Positions 38,379 to 47,117 of a stretch of DNA of 64,000 bases are shown in pieces. Under the pieces are notes generated by a model, which searched no databases, was not told where the DNA came from, and saw only the letters and a list, made by a program, of their open reading frames with translations. The stretch comes from Armatimonadota bacterium (lineage in GTDB: Bacteria; Armatimonadota; Fimbriimonadia; Fimbriimonadales; Fimbriimonadaceae): the NCBI GenBank assembly GCA_031400935.1, contig JANNQV010000027.1, positions 1 through 64,000 on the forward strand, in the 5' to 3' direction. The position numbers were made by a program, and so were the translations under genes. Every line of letters starts with the position of its first letter. The first letter of the stretch is position 1.

Positions 38379-39356
38379 TTACGCCATAGGATGGCGATTA
38401 TTTGCAGAGTATTTTCCAGTTAAGCCGTGTTCAATCTGCCTTTCAATGTCCGTCAGCAACGCGCTAGCGCCGATTCGAAAGAGATCTGGCGAAAGCCAAG
38501 AATTGCCAAGTTCTTCCTTCATCAGAATGAGCCAATCCAAAGATTGTTTCGCCGTTCGGATGCCCCCAGCGGGCTTGAGTCCAACCTGAAAACCAGTTCG
38601 ATCTTGATATTCTCGAATGCAACGAGCCATCACGAGTCCAAAGGGCAAGGTGGCATTGGTAGGTTCCTTTCCGGTCGAAGTCTTAATGAAATCCGCTCCA
38701 GCCATCATGCTAACCATGCTAGCTCTTGCCACATTTCGAAGAGTGGCGAGTTCGCCGGTTGCCAAAATCACCTTGAGATGGGCATTTCCGCATGCTTGAC
38801 GAAATGCGAAAACTTCCTCGAAGAGAGCTTTCCAATTGGAAGTTAGAGCATGGCTACGTGTGATCACAACATCAATTTCCGAAGCTCCATCAGCCACGCT
38901 GAGTTCTATTTCACGCAGTCGAGTCTCAAAGGGTGCAAGCCCATGTGGAAACGCCGTGGAAACCGCCGCAACGGGAATATCGCTTCCTCCGAGTGCCTCG
39001 ACGGCGACTTTTACAAACGGGTGATAAACGCAAACCGCTCCGACTTTGAGCTCTCCAGGTTGAAATCCCAATAGCGATAAGAGATCTTCTCGAACTGGAT
39101 TCTTTGCCTTTGAGCAAAGCCGACGAACCGTGCCATCGGTATCGTCGCCGTTGAGACTAGTCAAATCCATGCACGAAATCGCACAGCAAAGCCAGGCAAG
39201 TTGATGCTGCTTTTTCACTGTTCGCCGTCCGAGCAATGTCGAGCATCGCCGCTCTATGGCAGTCTTGTTTGCTTGGCACTCCTCTACCCATTCCAGGTCT
39301 AAAGGTATTCCGCCGTTTCTGCCAAAGCTTGGCGTACGCAATGATTCGACTTGCAT
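38379..39356 (-). CDS. deoC: Deoxyribose-phosphate aldolase (long DERA-type)
   Basis: DLTSL, AVCVY, EIDVVI, FIKTSTGK, KPAGGIR, RIGAS. Start 39356 follows TACAAT-7nt. Confidence 0.93.
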   Translation of the reverse strand: MQVESLRTPSFGRNGGIPLDLEWVEECQANKTAIERRCSTLLGRRTVKKQHQLAWLCCAISCMDLTSLNGDDTDGTVRRLCSKAKNPVREDLLSLLGFQPGELKVGAVCVYHPFVKVAVEALGGSDIPVAAVSTAFPHGLAPFETRLREIELSVADGASEIDVVITRSHALTSNWKALFEEVFAFRQACGNAHLKVILATGELATLRNVARASMVSMMAGADFIKTSTGKEPTNATLPFGLVMARCIREYQDRTGFQVGLKPAGGIRTAKQSLDWLILMKEELGNSWLSPDLFRIGASALLTDIERQIEHGLTGKYSANNRHPMA

Positions 39357-39422
39357 TAGAGATATTGTAATCGAAATCACATGCCGCGAGAACATTTCAT
39401 TTCGCTTCACAATGGTCTAGAT

Positions 39423-40292
39423 ATGTTCTCTTATTTCATGCAGCGAGTTGACCGTCTTTTGGGCCGAGGAGTCATTGACGAGCGACTTTATGAAGAATTG
39501 GAAGAAGCTTTGGTTCAAACTGACACGAATGTTCAAATGGCTCATATCATTTTGGATGAGTTAAGAAAGGCAATTCGAGACGAGAAGATCACGGAAGCGT
39601 CGGGAATCAAGGCGCGGCTGCAAATGGCCATAGCAGACCGATTTCGTCAAGAAGAAAAGGGACTTATTGTTGCCGACGAATCGCCAACGGTGTATTTGTT
39701 TGTAGGCGTCAACGGAGTTGGAAAGACGACAACGATAGCAAAAGTCGCTGCCATGCTGAGGCGGAAAGGGTTTTCGGTCATGATGGCGGCCGGTGACACG
39801 TTTCGAGCGGCAGCAATCGAGCAATTGACAATATGGGCGGACCGAACGGGCGCTGAACTTGTGAAAAACCAGCCAGGAGGCGATTCGGCGGCTGTCGTGT
39901 TTGATGCCATCACTGCTGCAAAAGCTAGGAATATAGACTTCGTGCTTTGTGATACCGCAGGTAGGCAGCACAACAAAGGCTCGCTGATGGAAGAGCTTGT
40001 AAAGATCAGCAAAGTGACGGACAAGGCGTTGGGACGGCCGGCGGATGAGATATTGCTAGTACTTGATGCGAACACGGGCCAAAACGCGATTCGCCAGGCA
40101 GAGGAGTTCATCAAGCTCGCCGGAGTCACGGGGCTGGTTCTCACAAAGATTGACGGGACTTCGCGTGGCGGAGCGCTCATTGGAATTTACAACCGGTTCA
40201 AAGTGCCAATCAAGCTCATTGGGACAGGCGAGAGGGCAGAGGATTTGAAGGATTTCAAGCCTGACGAATTCGCTGCTTCTCTATTCAACTGA
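39423..40292 (+). CDS. ftsY: SRP receptor FtsY (NG domain only)
   Basis: GVNGVGKTTT, DTFRAAA, DTAGR, TKIDG, GTGE. No acidic N-terminal domain. Confidence 0.95.
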   Translation: MFSYFMQRVDRLLGRGVIDERLYEELEEALVQTDTNVQMAHIILDELRKAIRDEKITEASGIKARLQMAIADRFRQEEKGLIVADESPTVYLFVGVNGVGKTTTIAKVAAMLRRKGFSVMMAAGDTFRAAAIEQLTIWADRTGAELVKNQPGGDSAAVVFDAITAAKARNIDFVLCDTAGRQHNKGSLMEELVKISKVTDKALGRPADEILLVLDANTGQNAIRQAEEFIKLAGVTGLVLTKIDGTSRGGALIGIYNRFKVPIKLIGTGERAEDLKDFKPDEFAASLFN

Positions 40293-41772
40293 TTGCGTCA
40301 TCCTCCACGAATAAACCGTTGTCAGATTCCGATGTTTCCGGAAGCGCATCTACGACAGCAAAACCTTCTTCGATATCAAGCGGGTCAACGAGTCCAGGAA
40401 TCGCCTTCGAACCAGAAGCTCCAAGAGATTCAAGCCTTTGCGCAGACTTCAAAACCTTGCTCTTCAGGTTGAACGTGGCGGTGTCATAGCTCTTTTTCGC
40501 GGTATCCAAGTTCTTGCCAATTGCAACAAAATTGGTCATGAAATCGGCGACGCTTTTGTGAAGTTTTTTCCCTTCGTCGGCGATTTTTTGGGCTTCTTCG
40601 GCAAGCTGCTCTTGCCTCCATCCATAAGCCACTGTTCTCAAGAGAAGCAACAGGGTCGTTGGCGTTGCCAAAAACACTTTCTTTGAAAATCCGTATTCAA
40701 TCAGCTCTGGATCATGCTGAAGGGCAGTTCCGAGGAACGGTTCGCCTGGCAAATACATGATAACGAACTCGGCAGATTTGAACTGCTCCCAATATTTCTT
40801 TTCTGAAAGGCGATTGATATGCGACCGGACGTGCTTTGCGTACTCCGCAAAAAGGACTTTTCGCTGGTCGTCATCATCGGTCTCATGGCCTTCCAAATAA
40901 TTGGCGATTGGCGCCTTAGAGTCCACGATGATTTGATGCGAGTTCGGAAGGCGAATAATCAAATCTGGCCGAAGTTTTCCGTCATCAGTATCTACCGATT
41001 CTTGAGTTGTGAAATCGCAAAATTTGATCATGCCCGAAAGCTGGACAAGGTTTTCAAGCTGAATTTCGCCCCATCGTCCACGTTGAGAAGTGCTTTTCAG
41101 CGCACCGACGAGGCTTCTGGTTTGCGTGTCGAGCCGAACCTGCGATTCTAGCAATCCCTTTACTTGCTCCGAAAGGCCTTGATATGCCCCTTCTCGTTTC
41201 ACTTCGATGTCTTGAATTTGCTTCTCAACTTTAGTGAGTGATTCATTGATCGGCTTGATCAAAGAATCAATGGCCTGCTGGCGCTTTTCTAAATCGCCTT
41301 GCGATTCTTTGTTGAAATTGGCCAAAGTTTCCTTTGCGAGTTCGAGAAACGACTGGTTGTTTCTTTGCAATGCGTTCGAAGAAAGTGCCTGAAACGCATC
41401 TGAAAGCTTCTTTTCGGCTTGGTCGAGAAGCACGATTTTTTCTTCAATCGCTTTGTCGCGATGCGCCATGTCAGATTCTAATTGCTGAAATTTCAAGTGG
41501 AAATCGCTAAGTTCTGACTTTAGATTTTCGATGCTTTGTTCTCTGAGCCTAATTTCGCCTTCTAGGGTTTCGATTCGACTAGCCTTTTCTTGAGAAACCG
41601 CGGCTTGGGTTTTCGCCTCGTTCAATTGCGCTTGCAATAAGGTCGTTTCACCTTCTAATTGTGAATTTCGAGTCACTACAGCCTGAGATTTCGCCTTTTG
41701 CAACAAAAGGCCGACTGCAAGCCCAATTGCAAGACTTAAGACCACCCCGACCAAAACCCAGATTGAATCCAT
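40285..41772 (-). CDS. rmuC: DNA recombination protein RmuC
   Basis: N-terminal TM and coiled coil, RGRWGE, RPD, VDSK, ATPTTL. Confidence 0.93.
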   Translation of the reverse strand: MDSIWVLVGVVLSLAIGLAVGLLLQKAKSQAVVTRNSQLEGETTLLQAQLNEAKTQAAVSQEKASRIETLEGEIRLREQSIENLKSELSDFHLKFQQLESDMAHRDKAIEEKIVLLDQAEKKLSDAFQALSSNALQRNNQSFLELAKETLANFNKESQGDLEKRQQAIDSLIKPINESLTKVEKQIQDIEVKREGAYQGLSEQVKGLLESQVRLDTQTRSLVGALKSTSQRGRWGEIQLENLVQLSGMIKFCDFTTQESVDTDDGKLRPDLIIRLPNSHQIIVDSKAPIANYLEGHETDDDDQRKVLFAEYAKHVRSHINRLSEKKYWEQFKSAEFVIMYLPGEPFLGTALQHDPELIEYGFSKKVFLATPTTLLLLLRTVAYGWRQEQLAEEAQKIADEGKKLHKSVADFMTNFVAIGKNLDTAKKSYDTATFNLKSKVLKSAQRLESLGASGSKAIPGLVDPLDIEEGFAVVDALPETSESDNGLFVEDDAIS

Positions 41773-41798
41773 ACCGGATTAGTATACGAGCATCCAAT

Positions 41799-41902
41799 GT
41801 GGCTCGTCCGTCCCGGACGAGTTGAAATTGAGCATTAGTTGCCATTTTTCGCCACCATGGGCGAGACGCCTATGTCACACTCATCCGAGACGGACGAGTC
41901 AC
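41799..41902. repeat. REP cluster, family A (3 units)
   Basis: GTGG-ctcgtccg-tcc-cggacgag, catgggcg-aga-cgcctatg-tcac, ctcatccg-aga-cggacgag-tcac. Confidence 0.8.
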
Positions 41903-41949
41903 ATTTGCTCGCTTCCGGGGTACGATCCACTTCATTGTTGGGTGGGTGT

Positions 41950-42897
41950 ATGAGTGTAACCGTATTCGTTGAAAAGGTCAAAACTGAAGTAGGCAAAGCA
42001 ATCGTTGGCCAAAACGAGGTCATTGAAGAAGTTTTGGTGGCCATTCTGGCGAACGGCCATGCACTGCTCGAAGGCGTTCCCGGAGTAGCGAAAACGCTCC
42101 TTGTTCGCTCTTTGGCTCGAGCTTTGAATTTGGAATACGGGCGAATTCAGTTCACACCCGATTTAATGCCAAGCGATGTGCTCGGCACAAACATTTTCAA
42201 CCCGAAAACAGGCGAATTTGAACTTCGGAAAGGGCCGGTCTTCGTTGGCGTTTTGTTGGCGGACGAAATCAACCGGACTCCTCCCAAAACGCAAGCTGGC
42301 CTATTGGAAGCCATGGAAGAGCGAAAGGTCACAATTGACGGAACTCCTTACGATTTGCCAGCACCATTTCTCGTCTTTGCAACTCAAAATCCACTCGAAT
42401 TTGAAGGCACCTATCCACTCCCAGAAGCTCAGCTAGACCGATTTTTGCTCAAAGTTGTTGTGAATTATCCACCACAAGAAGTCGAGATTTCGGTCATGAT
42501 GCGGCATCATCGCGGTTTTCGACCCCAATCGCTCGATGAAGCGGGAATTGCCCCAGTCTTGAACCTAAACGACCTAATAGCGATGCAAGAAGAAGTTCGA
42601 GCAGTAACGGTTGAAGAAAAGATTTTCGACTACATCTATGGAATCGTCGCAGCTACAAGAAAATCGAACGACATTTTGGTTGGCGCTTCGCCACGAGCTG
42701 GAATTGCGATGCTGAATTGTGGCAAAGCGATGGCGGCGCTTCGCGGGCGAAGTTTCGTGATCCCAGACGACATCAAGGAACTTGCTTTGCCAGTGCTTCG
42801 CCATCGAATTCAATTGAGGCCAGAAGCAGAAATCGAGGGTTTGACGACCGATGGCGTTTTGACCGGAATGATTGATTCCCAAGCGGTTCCCAGATAA
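41950..42897 (+). CDS. MoxR family AAA+ ATPase
   Basis: LLEGVPGVAKT, RIQFTPDLMPSD, LADEINR, ATQNP.E.EGTYPLPEAQLDRF. The longer track start lies in REPs. Confidence 0.93.
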   Translation: MSVTVFVEKVKTEVGKAIVGQNEVIEEVLVAILANGHALLEGVPGVAKTLLVRSLARALNLEYGRIQFTPDLMPSDVLGTNIFNPKTGEFELRKGPVFVGVLLADEINRTPPKTQAGLLEAMEERKVTIDGTPYDLPAPFLVFATQNPLEFEGTYPLPEAQLDRFLLKVVVNYPPQEVEISVMMRHHRGFRPQSLDEAGIAPVLNLNDLIAMQEEVRAVTVEEKIFDYIYGIVAATRKSNDILVGASPRAGIAMLNCGKAMAALRGRSFVIPDDIKELALPVLRHRIQLRPEAEIEGLTTDGVLTGMIDSQAVPR

Positions 42898-42921
42898 GGC
42901 CGAACAGATAGATTCGAATTG

Positions 42922-43926
42922 ATGAAAGTTCTATTTTTGCTTCGTCAGGAAATGGGCGGAATGGCGTCGTATGCCAACTATTTGGCGACGGGTCTGCGCG
43001 AACTCGATATTCAAGCCGACTTGATTCAAGCCGAAGACGTAATTCCTGCGCAGACGGGCGGAAACATTGACAAAGATGTCGCAACTTGGCTACGCGATGC
43101 CGGCAAAGATTACGATCTGATTCATGCCATCGGTTTGCGATCAGCCTGGGCGTGCGCAACAACGTATTCCGACAAGGAAGCATGGCTGTATTCGGTATAC
43201 GATATGCCGAAATCGACGAATCGGCTTCTTATCAATCTTTTGAACACATCTCAGGCAGGGCTTTGCTCGTCCAGAGCCGTTTTTCGAATGCTTGACGAAG
43301 CCCTGGGAATGGAATTGGAAATCGTTCCGCCAGGAGTGCCGCCGTTTGATGAATCGCTAACTCGATTGAATTCTAAGAAGCGATTTGGATGGGAACCATC
43401 AGATTTTGTCGTTGGAGTCAAAATTTCGAACTTAAGTGATGATGACATTCGATTGGTCGCTGAAACAATTGAAACTCTATGGGAATCTAAACCAGAAACA
43501 AAGTGGGCAGTTGTCAACGATGAAGCCATAAATGACCATGAATTGGCAACGTTTCAAGATGAACGAGTTCAGTGGCTTGTAAAGCCGGACAAATTTCAAG
43601 AACTGCTTGTTTCGTTAGACCTTTGGATTGTTGCGAGTCGTTCGGCTGGGTTCAGCTTGACTACTGTTGAAGCCATGTCACTTGGAACTCCTGTGATGCT
43701 TCGTGATGCAGCTGGATTGCGCGAAATTGTTGACAACGATATTTCAGGCTTTCTGTTTCGCGACGACGACGAACTGAAAACAATGCTTGTGGAGGTCGCA
43801 GCGTTGCCTTTGACTCTTGAATCGGTTTCGCACGCATCAAAAATCCGCGCAATGGATCAATTTTCAGTGGGGAAAATGGCTGAGCGCGTGGCTCATATCT
43901 ACGAGAGAATTCTCGGAGAACAGTAG
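42922..43926 (+). CDS. GT4 family glycosyltransferase (divergent)
   Basis: MKVLF...GG, SRSAGFSLTTVEAMSLGTPV, EIV...SGFLF, FS...MAE...IY. Confidence 0.8.
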   Translation: MKVLFLLRQEMGGMASYANYLATGLRELDIQADLIQAEDVIPAQTGGNIDKDVATWLRDAGKDYDLIHAIGLRSAWACATTYSDKEAWLYSVYDMPKSTNRLLINLLNTSQAGLCSSRAVFRMLDEALGMELEIVPPGVPPFDESLTRLNSKKRFGWEPSDFVVGVKISNLSDDDIRLVAETIETLWESKPETKWAVVNDEAINDHELATFQDERVQWLVKPDKFQELLVSLDLWIVASRSAGFSLTTVEAMSLGTPVMLRDAAGLREIVDNDISGFLFRDDDELKTMLVEVAALPLTLESVSHASKIRAMDQFSVGKMAERVAHIYERILGEQ

Positions 43927-44062
43927 GTGTAGCTGGAGCATCCATGCTCCGACCTCCGTTTCCACCTAAATCCTTGGTGACGCTACGGTAATAGAATACC
44001 ACTCAGTAATGCGCGTGTCAATGCTGGTTTTTCCACAATTGGCGGTATCTTGAAAGGAACTC

Positions 44063-44974
44063 ATGGGTCGAAGTGTACTATTGCGCTCGCCGGAATCTAG
44101 CTCCAAAGCGTGGATATTGGCAAATTCCAAGAACTCAGGTGTCGTATCTCTAGACCCCGCGTCAACTCTTTTTGGGTCTCCATGCAGAATCGTCTATGGA
44201 AGGGGAGACCAACAGTTATCCTGGCGATTCGTGGGCGGATTGGCCCCAAAACTAAACCCAATTCGGTACATTTCTGCCGCTTGTTCGCTGCTTTCGGTTA
44301 GCGATGGCGACGCAATTGTCGAATTCGCTCCAATTGCTTCCGATGCGATCTCAGTCGAGATCGCTCGTGCGGTTTTGCAGGTAACTGGTGCAGGAACAAT
44401 CTACGTGGATCAAAGACTTTCAAAAACCCTTTGGGCAGATTTAGGCGAAGCTGTGGAACTTGAAAAAGTTGAAGATTCCAAGGTTCAAAATTCTATCCGA
44501 AAGGCTCAGTGGTTCAAGTTGCTGCAAGATTCACATATCCACCGAGTCACTCTCGGAAAGACCTCTTTTTCTGGAAGCCGATTGGGTTCTGGATCGTGCT
44601 TGAGGCCCGATGTTGTTCGAAGTATTGGTTTGCCAGCTCATTCTCGCGTTGAAGCCACAGGAACAACACTTTTGATAATTTCAGACGGCATCACAACTGA
44701 TGAGATGATTTCACGGTCATTGGATGTAACTGATAGCACAAGAGCACAAGTTGTTGATCCAAAACGATATTCAAATCTCATTTGCTGCCTGATGGATTTG
44801 TCTGGAAGAGAACTGGGATTAGGAATAATCAGAGATTTGTCCCTCGCAGACGATCAAATTGAGGTTTTGAGCATGGCTGCTGCACCTGCGCCGATTCACA
44901 TGATTCAGCTAGGAAATTTGTATGTTGATTCCAAAGGAGTCGAAAGAGGCGAAGTCAAGCTTTTTGAAATCTAG
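44063..44974 (+). CDS. Hypothetical protein resembling Clp1/Grc3 polynucleotide kinase, Walker A degenerate
   Basis: SLDP....GSP..I, RFVGGLAP, and C-terminal LMDLSGRELGLGII...IEVL...IQLGNL. No GxxxxGK[ST]. Confidence 0.5.
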   Translation: MGRSVLLRSPESSSKAWILANSKNSGVVSLDPASTLFGSPCRIVYGRGDQQLSWRFVGGLAPKLNPIRYISAACSLLSVSDGDAIVEFAPIASDAISVEIARAVLQVTGAGTIYVDQRLSKTLWADLGEAVELEKVEDSKVQNSIRKAQWFKLLQDSHIHRVTLGKTSFSGSRLGSGSCLRPDVVRSIGLPAHSRVEATGTTLLIISDGITTDEMISRSLDVTDSTRAQVVDPKRYSNLICCLMDLSGRELGLGIIRDLSLADDQIEVLSMAAAPAPIHMIQLGNLYVDSKGVERGEVKLFEI

Positions 44975-44995
44975 GTTCAAAGGTATAACATTTCC

Positions 44996-45637
44996 ATGCG
45001 CATTTACCTCGTCCGGCACGCTCAAACAGGGTGGAACATAGAAGGAAGAGCGCAAGGATCAACTGACATTCGACTCGATGAAGCGGGAATCGAACAGGCT
45101 CGCATGTTAGCGAGCCGTTTTCGGAATCATCCTCCGGCCGAAGTATTTTCAAGTGATATGGGCCGCTGCGTTCAAACTGCCGAAGCAATTTCTTCTGCGT
45201 GGGGCGTTGATGTCGAGCAAAGAAAGGAACTTCGAGAACGCGCGATGGGAGAATGGGAGGGAAGGCTTTTCCGGGAAATGCATCAGCAATTCTTAGACTC
45301 GCGGACAATGGATGACACGTTTGGGCTGAGTTTTCAGCCGCCGGGAGGCGAATCCATAAATGATGTGGCGACTCGGGCCAAGCCTCTCATCAATGAAATC
45401 GTCAAAAAAGGGACAGATGCCGTCATCGTTAGCCATGGCGGGGCACTTTCTGTAGTTCTCGCATTGTTTCTTGGGCAAGAAACAGTTGCCGCCAGAAGTT
45501 TCAAATTCTCAAATGCAAGCGTCACTGTGTTGGTGAGAAGCGACTGGAATGTCTTTGTGATTGAATCATACAATTGCGTCGCTCACTTGACCGGAGCCGA
45601 GTCGCTTCAAGGCAGCTTTGATGGCTCGTATCGCTAA
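44996..45637 (+). CDS. Histidine phosphatase family protein
   Basis: LVRHAQT.WN, SSD..R..QTA, LRE..MGEWEG, PGGES, VSHGG. Confidence 0.92.
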   Translation: MRIYLVRHAQTGWNIEGRAQGSTDIRLDEAGIEQARMLASRFRNHPPAEVFSSDMGRCVQTAEAISSAWGVDVEQRKELRERAMGEWEGRLFREMHQQFLDSRTMDDTFGLSFQPPGGESINDVATRAKPLINEIVKKGTDAVIVSHGGALSVVLALFLGQETVAARSFKFSNASVTVLVRSDWNVFVIESYNCVAHLTGAESLQGSFDGSYR

Positions 45638-47117
45638 AATTTGGCCTCCAGTTTTGAGCGCTGCACTGTTATTGCTGGCGTTTCCTCCGTTTCATCTCGG
45701 GATGATAGTTTTCGTCGCGCTGATTCCTTGGTTAGCTTCCCTTCGTGACGTCTCATCAAAATCTGGGTTCAAATCCGGATGCCTTTTTGGGCTAGTTTTC
45801 ATGAGCGGACAATTCGTGTGGATCTTTCAATTTGTCCAAAAATGGACTCATGATTTTGCCCTAGCCTTTGTTCCGTTCGTGCTAGCAGTTCTGATTGCAT
45901 CGCTGTATTTCGGTGCGCTTGGGGCACTCATTTCGATTTGCCGACGACAACAATGGCTTTGGTGCATTCCGTTAATTTGGGCTGGCATTGAAGCATTCCG
46001 AAGCTACATTCCTGGACTTGCCCTTCCTTGGGGACTACTTCCTTATCCGATTGCTTCGATGCCTGGCTTGCTTCAGCTTGGCTATTACGGCACGATTTTC
46101 TTGATTTCAGCTTGGATTGTCCTTGCAAACGTCGTTGGGATGCTGATGATGGAAAAGGCAGAACGCAAACTCATTCGAACGGTTGCGTTGGCGTTTTTTG
46201 GACTTGGAATACTTTCATTTGTGCGTTACCAAACTCCATTGAGCGGAAAAGGGACACGTGTTCTGATTGCACAGCCTGGAGTGGATATGGCGTTCGGAAA
46301 GGACGTAAGCCGTTCACTATCGGTTGCGGTAACCGAACAAGTTCAAATTGCTAATACGATAAAGGCAGATCTCATCATTTTTCCGGAAGGGCTTGCCGAT
46401 GTTGGACAAACTTTTCCTCCTGATCTTGATTTTCCGATTCCAAACTCGGTAGCGATCCTGTTTGGAGCCTCAAGGCGCACAGTTGTCGGAACTTATCAAT
46501 CCGCTATTGCCTACGATGGGGATTGGTCATTCTCGGACAAACGCCGTCTTGTCATGTTTGGCGAATACGTGCCTTTCAGAGATCAGCTTCCATTTCTCAA
46601 AATTTTCACGTTGACGACAAGCGACCTAATTGGCGCAATCAAAACAGAGGCAGTTGAGATCAACAGAATAAAGGTCGGCCCAATCATCTGCTTTGAAGAA
46701 CTTTTTCCCGATGTCGCATCCGATCAAGCAAAAAATGGTGCCCAGCTTCTCGCAATCTTGTCTATTGACGATTGGTACATGGGATCGAATGCCCCCGAAC
46801 AGTTAGCGGCAACAGCTGTTTTTAGAGCCATTGAAACTGGGTTGCCCGTAGCTCGGTCTGCCTCAACTGGCATCACCATGGCGGTGGATCAGAGGGGAAA
46901 CATCATCCGCCAAGCTCCGGTTGGCGACAGGCGAATGCTGGATGTCGAGTTTGTCGTTCCCGAAAAATCCGACTACTTCCCGGCTAGCATCCTTTTTGTT
47001 TATGCATTCGTGGCTTCGCTTTTCGCCGTTCCGATTGCGGCATGGGTCGTTCGCCGCAGAGCCACAGTGCCAGCAACAGAAGGCTCTAGCGCAACAGAGA
47101 GCGCCTCGTCCAATTGA
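45621..47117 (+). CDS. lnt: Apolipoprotein N-acyltransferase
   Basis: TM bundle plus nitrilase triad motifs FPE, KRRLVMFGEYVP, ICFE. Confidence 0.93.
   Translation: MARIAKIWPPVLSAALLLLAFPPFHLGMIVFVALIPWLASLRDVSSKSGFKSGCLFGLVFMSGQFVWIFQFVQKWTHDFALAFVPFVLAVLIASLYFGALGALISICRRQQWLWCIPLIWAGIEAFRSYIPGLALPWGLLPYPIASMPGLLQLGYYGTIFLISAWIVLANVVGMLMMEKAERKLIRTVALAFFGLGILSFVRYQTPLSGKGTRVLIAQPGVDMAFGKDVSRSLSVAVTEQVQIANTIKADLIIFPEGLADVGQTFPPDLDFPIPNSVAILFGASRRTVVGTYQSAIAYDGDWSFSDKRRLVMFGEYVPFRDQLPFLKIFTLTTSDLIGAIKTEAVEINRIKVGPIICFEELFPDVASDQAKNGAQLLAILSIDDWYMGSNAPEQLAATAVFRAIETGLPVARSASTGITMAVDQRGNIIRQAPVGDRRMLDVEFVVPEKSDYFPASILFVYAFVASLFAVPIAAWVVRRRATVPATEGSSATESASSN

Noticed and set aside
43929..43950. 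GTAG plus ggagcat-cc-atgctcc hairpin as a third REP family
   Set aside because: Only one copy is visible in the window, so it cannot be told apart from a terminator-like stem.
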